Shown here one piece after another: positions 16,142-23,691 of a DNA stretch of 30,931 nt; the stretch's first letter is position 1, and every line of letters begins with the position of its first letter. Origin of the DNA: Candidatus Eiseniibacteriota bacterium. Lineage in GTDB: Bacteria > Eisenbacteria > RBG-16-71-46 > CAIMUX01 > VGJL01. The notes under the pieces are model-generated. The model saw only the letters and a list, made by a program, of their open reading frames with translations, was not told the DNA's origin and did no database searches. The stretch covers positions 1 to 30,931 of the forward strand of contig JBHGAY010000042.1 in NCBI GenBank assembly GCA_041946735.1. The letters run 5' to 3'. A program made the translations under genes and the position numbers.

Positions 16142-17833
16142 TCAGTGCTGCTCGGCCGCCTTCTCGAGGCGCAGGCGGACGCTCGTCGCGATCGCGGTCG
16201 CTCTCTCGTTGGCGGCCGCGAGCCGCTCGCGCGCCTCCTCCATCGTCTTGGCCGCCCAGGAGCGGTCGGTGATTCCGGGAAGGTTGATCATCACGTTGTC
16301 GTACGCGCCTTCCGCGCACGCCCGGGCCGCGAGCGCGGAGACCGCGGCGTCGCTCGCGGAGTTCGGGTTGCCGCGCTCGGCGACCACGCCGGCGAGATCG
16401 AGGACGGCGGAGACGCGGGACAGCACGTCGAACGGCACCTGGATTGCGAGCCGGGAGGCGCGCTGCATCTCTTCCTCCCGCTTCGCCTGCTCCTCGGGCG
16501 TCTTCTTCGGCAGCCGGTTCGCCGCCATGACGGCGTCGAAGGCGTTGCTGTCGCGGTCGATCTCCTCGAGGTAGAGGTCCTTCAGGCGCTGGCCTTCGAC
16601 CGCGATCCGGTTCATCTCCTCGCGCGCGTCCTCGAAGCCCTTCTTGCCGATCGTGAGGTTCGCGACCATCGCGGCCAGAGCGGCGGCGAGGGAGCCGCAG
16701 AGCGCGGCGACGCTGCCACCTCCGGGAGCCGGCGAGTCGGTCGACAGCTCGTCGACCAGGCCGCGCACCGTTCGGTCGACGAGGAACTTCTGCCCCTCCC
16801 GCACCCGGTACTCGATGATCTTCTTCGCCGGATCGAACGGCGAGATCTCGTCGAGGCCGAGAGAGCGGACCGCGATGTGGACCAACTCCGAGTCCGGGAC
16901 GCCGGTCGACTTCCCCTGCCGGGCCAGGTAGTAGCGCCCGGCCATGCGGACGGCCTCGAGCGGGATCAGTCCCACCAGCTCGCTGCCCGTCACGCGAAGC
17001 CCGAGCCGGCGGCCCACCTCGACGCACGCCTCGAACGCCTCGTGGACGGGGGTCGTGTGGAAGTCGAGCAGGTTGATGGAGACCTGAGCGCGGCCGTACT
17101 CCTCGATGGTCCATCCGACGGCGCGCACCGCCTTGAGCATTCCCTCCTTGCGGACCGGGTTGCCTTCCGCGTCGAGGATCGTGCGGCCCTGGGAATCCTT
17201 CGCCAGGCGTCCGGTCTCGCGGATCTCGAGGGCGATCTCGTTCGCGAGCCTGCGGTCGCGGGTGTTCAGGTTGACGTTGTACGCGATCAGGAACTCGCGG
17301 GCACCGATCACCGTCGCGCCGGCCCGCTCGTGAAACTTCGCGGGCCCGAAGTCCGGCTTCCATTCCGGATCGGCGAGCTTTGCGGAAAGCCCCTCGTATT
17401 CTCCAGCGCGAATGTTCGCCAGGCTTCGCCTCTCGGGGCGGCTGGCTGCGTTCTCGTAGAGGTAGACGGGGATCGATAGTTCGCGGCCGACGCGCTCTCC
17501 GAGCGTGCGGGCCAAGGCCGCACATTCCTCCATGGTGACGCCGCTGACCGGAACGAACGGACAGACGTCGGTGGCTCCCATCCGAGGGTGCGCCCCCTTG
17601 TGCTGACGCATGTCGATGCGCTCCGAGGCGCAACGGATTGCGCGAAAGGCCGCTTCGGCCACGGCCTCGGGGGGACCGACGAACGTGACGACCGTGCGGT
17701 TGGTGTCGGCGCCGGGATCGACGTCGAGCAGGCGCACCCCTTCGGTCCCCTCGATCTCACGCGCGATCGCATCGAGGACCGTACGATCCCTACCCTCGCT
17801 GAAGTTCGGTACGCACTCGACGAGCCCCGCCAT
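16142..17833 (-). CDS. ftcD: Bifunctional glutamate formimidoyltransferase / formiminotetrahydrofolate cyclodeaminase
   Basis: VECVPNFSEGR, HPRMGATDVCPFVP, GAR.FLIAYN.N, QVS.N and SELVGL.P; C-terminal SPAPGGGSVAA and GNPN..SD; SD AAGGAGG. Confidence 0.95.
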   Translation of the reverse strand: MAGLVECVPNFSEGRDRTVLDAIAREIEGTEGVRLLDVDPGADTNRTVVTFVGPPEAVAEAAFRAIRCASERIDMRQHKGAHPRMGATDVCPFVPVSGVTMEECAALARTLGERVGRELSIPVYLYENAASRPERRSLANIRAGEYEGLSAKLADPEWKPDFGPAKFHERAGATVIGAREFLIAYNVNLNTRDRRLANEIALEIRETGRLAKDSQGRTILDAEGNPVRKEGMLKAVRAVGWTIEEYGRAQVSINLLDFHTTPVHEAFEACVEVGRRLGLRVTGSELVGLIPLEAVRMAGRYYLARQGKSTGVPDSELVHIAVRSLGLDEISPFDPAKKIIEYRVREGQKFLVDRTVRGLVDELSTDSPAPGGGSVAALCGSLAAALAAMVANLTIGKKGFEDAREEMNRIAVEGQRLKDLYLEEIDRDSNAFDAVMAANRLPKKTPEEQAKREEEMQRASRLAIQVPFDVLSRVSAVLDLAGVVAERGNPNSASDAAVSALAARACAEGAYDNVMINLPGITDRSWAAKTMEEARERLAAANERATAIATSVRLRLEKAAEQH

Positions 17834-17869
17834 CCCCTCCTCCTTTCCCCACCCTCGAGCAGCGACGCG

Positions 17870-17899
17870 AGGCTACGGCCGGAACGACGGTGAGGTCAA
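17870..17899 (-). promoter_or_regulatory. Putative sigma70 promoter TTGACC-N18-TAGCCT for ftcD
   Basis: -35 at 17899-17894 and -10 at 17875-17870; back-to-back with the divergent promoter at 17919. Confidence 0.5.
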
Positions 17900-17918
17900 G
17901 ATTCCGGCCGTTCTCCGC

Positions 17919-17924
17919 TATAGT
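17919..17924 (+). promoter_or_regulatory. Putative -10 box (TATAGT) of a leaderless transcript
   Basis: TATAGT ends 7 nt before ATG 17932; no SD. Confidence 0.55.
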
Positions 17925-17931
17925 CGAGTTC

Positions 17932-18348
17932 ATGGAGCGGGACGGCAGGAACGGAGCGCTCGAGTTTCGGGGCGCGCCGCCGGGAACGCGGGCCGCGTGG
18001 CGAAAGGCCCCTGGCCGCGGACTCGCCGCCGCGATGCTCCTGATGACCGCCTGCGCTTCGCCTCCGAGCGTTCGCGATCCTTCGGCGCTTCCCCCCTTGG
18101 TCCTTCGGTCGATCGGCGCAGTCGTCGTCGATGCCGATCCGGCGGGAAAGAAACTCACGGCGAAGGACGAGCAGACGGGGACGACTTGGACGATCCTCGT
18201 TCTCGAGTCGACGCGGATAGCGACCGATCGAGGCGTGCCGCTCCGGATGGAGGACCTGCGCTCGGGAGAGCGGGTCCTCGTGCGAGGAAGCTCCCGAATC
18301 GAGGAGGTGCTGACCGCCGAGGAGATCGCGGTGACCCAATCGGACTGA
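17932..18348 (+). CDS. Putative lipoprotein with small OB-fold/DUF5666-like domain
   Basis: Hydrophobic stretch ending in the lipobox LMTA-C; TRI...DLRSGERVLVRG...TAEEIAV pattern typical of DUF5666-type domains. Confidence 0.7.
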   Translation: MERDGRNGALEFRGAPPGTRAAWRKAPGRGLAAAMLLMTACASPPSVRDPSALPPLVLRSIGAVVVDADPAGKKLTAKDEQTGTTWTILVLESTRIATDRGVPLRMEDLRSGERVLVRGSSRIEEVLTAEEIAVTQSD

Positions 18349-18350
18349 CG

Positions 18351-18460
18351 AGACGGAGTCCGAGAGGCGATCGAGTCGGGAAGAGACCAAGCCCAGAAAG
18401 ACCAAGCCCAAGAAGACCAAGTTCGAAGAGATCGAGTCCGAATCGTGATGAGAACGAGTC
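18351..18460 (+). repeat. Degenerate 15-17-bp tandem repeat (core AGAYCRAGYC)
   Basis: Cores at 18351, 18368, 18384, 18399, 18414, 18429 and 18451; AGACCAAG is exact three times at 15-bp spacing. Confidence 0.65.
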
Positions 18461-18490
18461 GAACGAACGCGAATCAGGAGGACTCTGACC

Positions 18491-19255
18491 ATGCGACGTT
18501 CCCATCCATTCCGCCGCACGCTCCTTCCCCTTCTCTCTTCCATGCTGTTCGGCCTCGTCCTGGCGATCCCAGCCTACTCGCAGGCGGATCCCGCGGCGGA
18601 GGAGGAGCAGAAGCAGGCCCAGGAGCAGAACCAGAACTACGAAGAGGCCACGAATCCGCAGACCGGCACGACGGAAGCGCCCGCGACTGCGCCCGCGACT
18701 GCGCCTGCCACGACCGGCACCGAGGCGACCGGCACGGACAGCGGCACACAGACGCAGGTTCGTACCGAGGATCGGGCGCTGAACGAGGCCGAGACCGGAG
18801 TGCCGACCGTCGTCGAGCAGGTCACCTCGTGGGGCGAGAGCGATCCGAGCACGGAGTTCCGCTGGGACTATCCATCTGAGGTCACCTCCGGCATCCAGGG
18901 AACTCCCTCCCGCCGCGTCGTGGGATTCAACTTCGACGGAGCGGGCTCCACCCGTCTGGATCACGAAGCGCACGGCGCCGCGAACCTCGCGATGGAGAAG
19001 CTCCGGACCATGGGGGATCCGCAGACGACGCGCCTGCTGATCGTCGGATTCGCCGACCGCGTGAAGGAAGGCGGAAACGCCCGGCAGCTCGGACTGCGTC
19101 GCGCAGAGGTGGTGCGCAACCACCTCGTGCGACTCGGCGTCCCGCGCGCGAACATTGAAGTGACGAGCTTCGGGGACCGCTTCTCGACCGCGCAGTCCTG
19201 GCAATGGATGCAGCAGCGGTTCGAGAGGCGCGTGGAGATCTGGACACTCCAGTAG
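18491..19255 (+). CDS. Periplasmic OmpA C-terminal (peptidoglycan-binding) domain protein
   Basis: SD AGGAGG; signal peptide; low-complexity Q/E/T/A linker with (APAT)x3; IVGFAD...LGLRRA..V...L...GV....I...SFG...RRVEI. Confidence 0.88.
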   Translation: MRRSHPFRRTLLPLLSSMLFGLVLAIPAYSQADPAAEEEQKQAQEQNQNYEEATNPQTGTTEAPATAPATAPATTGTEATGTDSGTQTQVRTEDRALNEAETGVPTVVEQVTSWGESDPSTEFRWDYPSEVTSGIQGTPSRRVVGFNFDGAGSTRLDHEAHGAANLAMEKLRTMGDPQTTRLLIVGFADRVKEGGNARQLGLRRAEVVRNHLVRLGVPRANIEVTSFGDRFSTAQSWQWMQQRFERRVEIWTLQ

Positions 19256-19435
19256 TCCCCCGGAACTCGGGCCTGCGCGGCGCGGGCCGGTCGCTCCCGC
19301 GCCGCCTAATTTCAAGTGCGCAAAGAGCTTCTGGGTTGTCTGGGGTCGGTCCCGGTCTGTCCTGCCGATCTCGAAGGGAACGCCGAAGCCGGTCCTTGTC
19401 GGAACCGGCGATCCGAAGGTATCCTTGGCCCTGGT

Positions 19436-19451
19436 TGGCACGTCGGTTGAG
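19436..19451 (+). promoter_or_regulatory. sigma54-like promoter (TGGCACGTCGGTTGAG)
   Basis: Perfect -24 element TGGCACG and correctly spaced TTG, but GA instead of GC at -12; about 145 nt upstream of the RRM gene. Confidence 0.45.
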
Positions 19452-19596
19452 TCTGGCGGGGGCTTGTGGTTTCGACCGCTACCGCATGGATCTCAGTCGC
19501 CTCGGCTACCTTGTGGGCCCAAGGGTCGGCCTCTTTCCCAGCGAACCCGGAAAGTGAAAGATAGGGTTCTTCAGCCCTCGTCGAGAGGAGTGTTCG

Positions 19597-19908
19597 ATGG
19601 GCAACAAGCTGTATGTCGGGAACCTGAACTTCACCGTCAACAATCAGGATCTGGAGGATCTGTTCGCGCAGTACGGAACGGTGCAGAGCGCGCAGGTCGT
19701 GATGGATCGAGACACCGGTCGAAGCAAGGGTTTCGGTTTCGTGGAGATGGGGAGCGACGAAGAGGCCCAGGGCGCAATCTCCGCCCTGAACGGCCAGCAG
19801 TTCCGCGGTCGTCCCCTGACGGTCAACGAGGCGCGTCCCCGGGAGGACCGCGGAGGTCGTGGAGGCTTCGGCGGCAACCGGGGTGGAGGTCGCGGCGGAC
19901 GGTACTAG
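19597..19908 (+). CDS. RRM RNA-binding protein with Gly/Arg-rich tail
   Basis: RNP2 LYVGNL, RNP1 KGFGFVEM, LTVNEARP, RGG tail; SD AGGAG. Confidence 0.96.
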   Translation: MGNKLYVGNLNFTVNNQDLEDLFAQYGTVQSAQVVMDRDTGRSKGFGFVEMGSDEEAQGAISALNGQQFRGRPLTVNEARPREDRGGRGGFGGNRGGGRGGRY

Positions 19909-19934
19909 CCGACCCTGAACAAAAGTGAGCGAAC

Positions 19935-19971
19935 AGCGGGGAGGAAGCGAGAGCGGCCTCCCCGCTTCTTT
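19935..19971 (+). terminator. Intrinsic terminator between the RRM gene and convergent mfd
   Basis: AGCGGGGAGG (19935-19944) / CCTCCCCGCT (19957-19966) followed by TCTTT. Confidence 0.7.
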
Positions 19972-22900
19972 CTACCGTCCCTGAGGAAGCGGGATCTCCC
20001 GCTGGAGGAGGCTGCGCAGGATCGCGAGCCCGATCGCGACGGGGCCGGCCGGTCCGGGCTTGCGACAGCGGATCCGGTGGCGGCCGTGAGCGGGGGTGAG
20101 GAACTCGAGCGACGCCGGCGCTTCGGCCAGCCTCTGGATGTCCCCCTTCGTCAACGGGCGATGGAATTCGAAGACGACCTGGTCGCGCTTCACCGTCGCC
20201 GTCTCGATCCCGGCCTCGGAGGCGAGGAGCCGCAGACGCCGCAGGTCCAGCAGCTGCCGCCCCGGCTCCGGAAGCATGCCGAAGCGGTCCCGGATCTCTT
20301 CCTCGATCCGCGCCAGCTCGTCCAGATCCCTCGTGTCGGCGATCGACTTGTACAGCGTCATCTTCTCGCGGCTGTCCGAAACGTAGTCGTCGGGGAAGTA
20401 CGCTTCGACGTCGGTGACGATCCGCGCCTCGCGCTTCTGATCTCCCGGAATCCCCTTCAGTTCGCGCACCGTCTCGTCGAGCAGCTTGCAGTAGAGATCG
20501 AATCCGACGTTCAGGATGAAGCCGTGCTGCTCGGCGCCCAGGAGATTGCCCGCCCCCCGGATCTCCAGGTCGCGCATGGCGAGCTGGAAACCGGAGCCGA
20601 GATCCCCGAACTCCTCGATCGCCTTCAGCCGCTTCTGCGCCGTCTCGGTGATCGAGCGATACGGCGGGACGAGCAGGTAGGCGTACGCCTTGCGATCCGA
20701 GCGGCCGACCCGGCCGCGAAGCTGGTAGAGCTGCGCCAGGCCGAAGGTGTCGCCGCGGTCGATCAGGATCGTGTTGACGTTCGGGAAGTCCAGTCCCGAC
20801 TCGATGATCGTCGTCGACAGCAGGACGTCGTACTCCCGGTCGAAGAACGCACGCATGACCCTCTCGAGATGCGTCTCGCGCATCTCCCCGTGAGCGACTG
20901 CGATGCGGAGGTGCGGGACGAGGCGCCCGAGATAGCTCGCCATCGCGTCGATCGACTCGATCCGGTTGTGGACGAAGAACGACTGCCCGCCCCGGTCCGC
21001 CTCGCGCATGAGCGCGTGGGCCACGATCTCCTCGCGGAACTCCGCGACCTCGGTCTGGATCGGGCGGCGGTCCCGCGGAGGGGTGAGGATCGTCGACATG
21101 TCCCGCCCGCCGGAGAGGGCGAAGTGCAGCGTGCGCGGGATCGGCGTGGCGGTGAGCGTCAGGACGTCGACCGTCTCCTTGATCTTCTTCAGCCGCTCCT
21201 TGTGCGCGACGCCGAACCGGTGCTCCTCGTCGATCACGAGGAGCCCGAGATCGCGGAACGCGACGTCCTTCTGCACGAGACGATGGGTGCCGACGACGAC
21301 GTCGACCTTCCCCGCCTTCAGCTCCTTCAGGACCTCCTTCTGCTCGGCGGGGGATCGGAAGCGGGACAAGAGCTCGACCCGCACCGGGAAGTCGCGGAGC
21401 CGCTCGCGGAACGTGTCGAAGTGCTGCTGCGCGAGCAAGGTGGTCGGGACGAGGACGGCCACCTGCTTGCCGTCCATCACCGCCTTGAAGGCGGCGCGGA
21501 TCGCCACCTCGGTCTTGCCGTATCCGACGTCGCCGCAGATCAGGCGGTCCATCGGATTCGGCCGCTCCATGTCGGCCTTCACCTCGCCGATCGCCTTCAG
21601 CTGGTCGGGGGTCTCCTCGTAGGGGAACGACAGCTCGAGCGCGGACTGCGCGTCGGTGTCGGCCGAGAAGGGATGGCCGGGCCGGGACCGGCGGATCGCG
21701 TAGGTCTTCAGCAACTCTTCCGCCATGTCCCGGATCCTCTTCTTGATCTTCGCCTTCGTCCGCGCCCAGGACGGGCTTCCGAGCCGCGAGAGCGACGGAC
21801 GATGCCCTTCCTCCGCGGAATAGCGCTGCACGAGGCTCAACTGATCGGCCGGGATGTAGAGTCGGTCGCCGCCCGCGTACTCGAGCGTCATGCAGTCCGT
21901 CTCCTGGCCGTCGACGAGCAGGCGCGTGAGACCGCGGTAGACGCCGATTCCGTGCTCCACGTGGACCACGAAGTCCCCGGGAGACATGGCGAGCAGCTCC
22001 TTGAGCGAGATCCCCTGCGTGAAGCGGCGCGAGGCGGAGCGGCGGCGTGAGCGAGCGAAGATCTCGTGATCCGTCAGGACGGCGAGACCGATGTCGGGCG
22101 CCTCGAAGCCGGCGGCGAGGTTGCCCACCTCCAGGAGAGCGGGGACCGGATAGAGCAGCTCGGCCAGTCGGTCCCGGTGGAGATCGGTGTCGCAGAGGAT
22201 GTGGATCTCCGGGCAGGTCTGGGCGAGCCGGAGGATGTAGGAACGTGTGAGTTCCAGGCTGCGTCCGAAGCGCTCCGCCGGCTTCGTCGGGAGCTCGTGG
22301 ACGGCTCCATCGCCTCCACGGAACCCGCCGAGATCGATCCGGATTTCGGAACCGCCGGCGATCGAATCGTCGAGCTGGATTGAATCGTCGAGCCGGTAGA
22401 GCTCCTCGGGCGCGGAGATGATCTTCCCCTCGCCGGCGGCCGCCTCGTACGACTCGACGACCTCGTCGCGCCAGCGCGCGATCGCCCCCTCGAGGGCGGC
22501 AGGGTCGTCGCGCACGATGCAAGGGGCGGCCCCGAGATAGGCGCGCAGCGGGACCATCGGGATCCCGTAGAGCCCCGCGATCCACTCGGCGCCCTCGTAA
22601 TCGGCCGACTCGCGGATCACCTCGGCGAGCGACGGATCGCCGCCCGCCTCCGTGACCGCCTCGGCCGCCGCGGCGCGTTCCTCTCCGGAGGGAAGGATGG
22701 CGGAGACCGGCAGGATCGCCGCCGAGCCGAGCGTGCGGACCGAGCGCTGGGTGAAGGCGTCGAACTCGCGAAGGCTCACGATCTCGTCACCGTCGAACTC
22801 GCAACGGACCGGGTTCTCGCGCCCCAGGCTGAAGATGTCGAGGATGCCGCCGCGCCGGCTCGCGTCGCCGTACTCGCCGACCATCGGCGAGATCTCGTAC

Positions 22901-23505
22901 CCGGCCTCGATCAGCTCCCGCACGAGATCCTCCGGATCGATCGGCTGCCCGACCCGGACCACGCGCACCCGCCTCGCGAGCCATTCCGGAGCGGGAACCT
23001 TGCGGATCCAAGCGGGCGGAGTGGTGACGACGACGCGCAGATTGCGATAGAGGGGGAGCTCCTCCCCGCGCATTCCCGTCGCGAGGACGCTGAGCAGCTC
23101 GGTCCGGATCACGCGCGCGGCGCCCCGACCGGGAGCGGAGGCGTACGGCGATCCGTCGGAGGCGGGATAGAGGACCGCCGAGCGGGGACCGAGGAGGAAA
23201 TCGACGTCTTCGCGGACCTCCTCGGCGATCGCCGATTCGGAGGCGAGGAAGAGGATCGGCTTCTCGCTATCGGAGGCGAGGAGCGCGATGGCGAGCGAAC
23301 GCGCGGACCCGGTGAGGCCGTGAAGGCGGATCGTGGAGGCTCCCGCCCGGCCGTCTGCGGCGCGGCCGTCTCCGCCGGGGCGGGCGGCGGCAGCCATGGC
23401 GGCGCGCACTTCGTCACGGGCCTTCTGGAACGAAGGCCACCGCGAGAAGCGTTCGAGCAGGGTGGCTGCTACGGAGGAGTCACGGATGTCGGGAGCGGAC
23501 GGCAT
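19972..23505 (-). CDS. mfd: Transcription-repair coupling factor
   Basis: UvrB-like RGGILDIF, RID GDFVVHVEHGIG, PYEETPDQ, GDVGYGKTEVA, DEEHRFG, TATPIPRT, QLRGRVGR and TRG motif DLEIRGAGNLLG. Confidence 0.97.
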   Translation of the reverse strand: MPSAPDIRDSSVAATLLERFSRWPSFQKARDEVRAAMAAAARPGGDGRAADGRAGASTIRLHGLTGSARSLAIALLASDSEKPILFLASESAIAEEVREDVDFLLGPRSAVLYPASDGSPYASAPGRGAARVIRTELLSVLATGMRGEELPLYRNLRVVVTTPPAWIRKVPAPEWLARRVRVVRVGQPIDPEDLVRELIEAGYEISPMVGEYGDASRRGGILDIFSLGRENPVRCEFDGDEIVSLREFDAFTQRSVRTLGSAAILPVSAILPSGEERAAAAEAVTEAGGDPSLAEVIRESADYEGAEWIAGLYGIPMVPLRAYLGAAPCIVRDDPAALEGAIARWRDEVVESYEAAAGEGKIISAPEELYRLDDSIQLDDSIAGGSEIRIDLGGFRGGDGAVHELPTKPAERFGRSLELTRSYILRLAQTCPEIHILCDTDLHRDRLAELLYPVPALLEVGNLAAGFEAPDIGLAVLTDHEIFARSRRRSASRRFTQGISLKELLAMSPGDFVVHVEHGIGVYRGLTRLLVDGQETDCMTLEYAGGDRLYIPADQLSLVQRYSAEEGHRPSLSRLGSPSWARTKAKIKKRIRDMAEELLKTYAIRRSRPGHPFSADTDAQSALELSFPYEETPDQLKAIGEVKADMERPNPMDRLICGDVGYGKTEVAIRAAFKAVMDGKQVAVLVPTTLLAQQHFDTFRERLRDFPVRVELLSRFRSPAEQKEVLKELKAGKVDVVVGTHRLVQKDVAFRDLGLLVIDEEHRFGVAHKERLKKIKETVDVLTLTATPIPRTLHFALSGGRDMSTILTPPRDRRPIQTEVAEFREEIVAHALMREADRGGQSFFVHNRIESIDAMASYLGRLVPHLRIAVAHGEMRETHLERVMRAFFDREYDVLLSTTIIESGLDFPNVNTILIDRGDTFGLAQLYQLRGRVGRSDRKAYAYLLVPPYRSITETAQKRLKAIEEFGDLGSGFQLAMRDLEIRGAGNLLGAEQHGFILNVGFDLYCKLLDETVRELKGIPGDQKREARIVTDVEAYFPDDYVSDSREKMTLYKSIADTRDLDELARIEEEIRDRFGMLPEPGRQLLDLRRLRLLASEAGIETATVKRDQVVFEFHRPLTKGDIQRLAEAPASLEFLTPAHGRHRIRCRKPGPAGPVAIGLAILRSLLQREIPLPQGR

Positions 23506-23512
23506 CTGGGGG

Positions 23513-23518
23513 AGTGTA
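23513..23518 (-). promoter_or_regulatory. Putative -10 box (TACACT) of a leaderless mfd transcript
   Basis: Minus-strand TACACT ends 7 nt before ATG 23505; no SD. Confidence 0.6.
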
Positions 23519-23560
23519 CCGCTTCCGCGCCCGGGCGTTCCCGTTCAGGAAATCGCAGAT

Positions 23561-23647
23561 GGCGAGGCGAAGCGGGCCAAGCGGAGGAGGCGGGCGAGGC
23601 GGAAGAGACGGTCGAGGCGGGCGAGGCGGACGAGGGGCGAAGCGGGC
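23561..23647. repeat. Degenerate 9-bp tandem repeat (GAGGCGGNN) x~7-9
   Basis: Units at 23569, 23578, 23587, 23596, 23605, 23614 and 23623. Confidence 0.7.
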
Positions 23648-23691
23648 GCGCGCGCGACACCGCCCAGGGCGACACGCTGCGAGCGATGCCG

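Noticed and set aside
16142..17833. Eukaryote-like fused FTCD without hut genes as a novelty
   Set aside because: Bifunctional FTCD is known in many bacteria, and hut genes may lie elsewhere in the genome.
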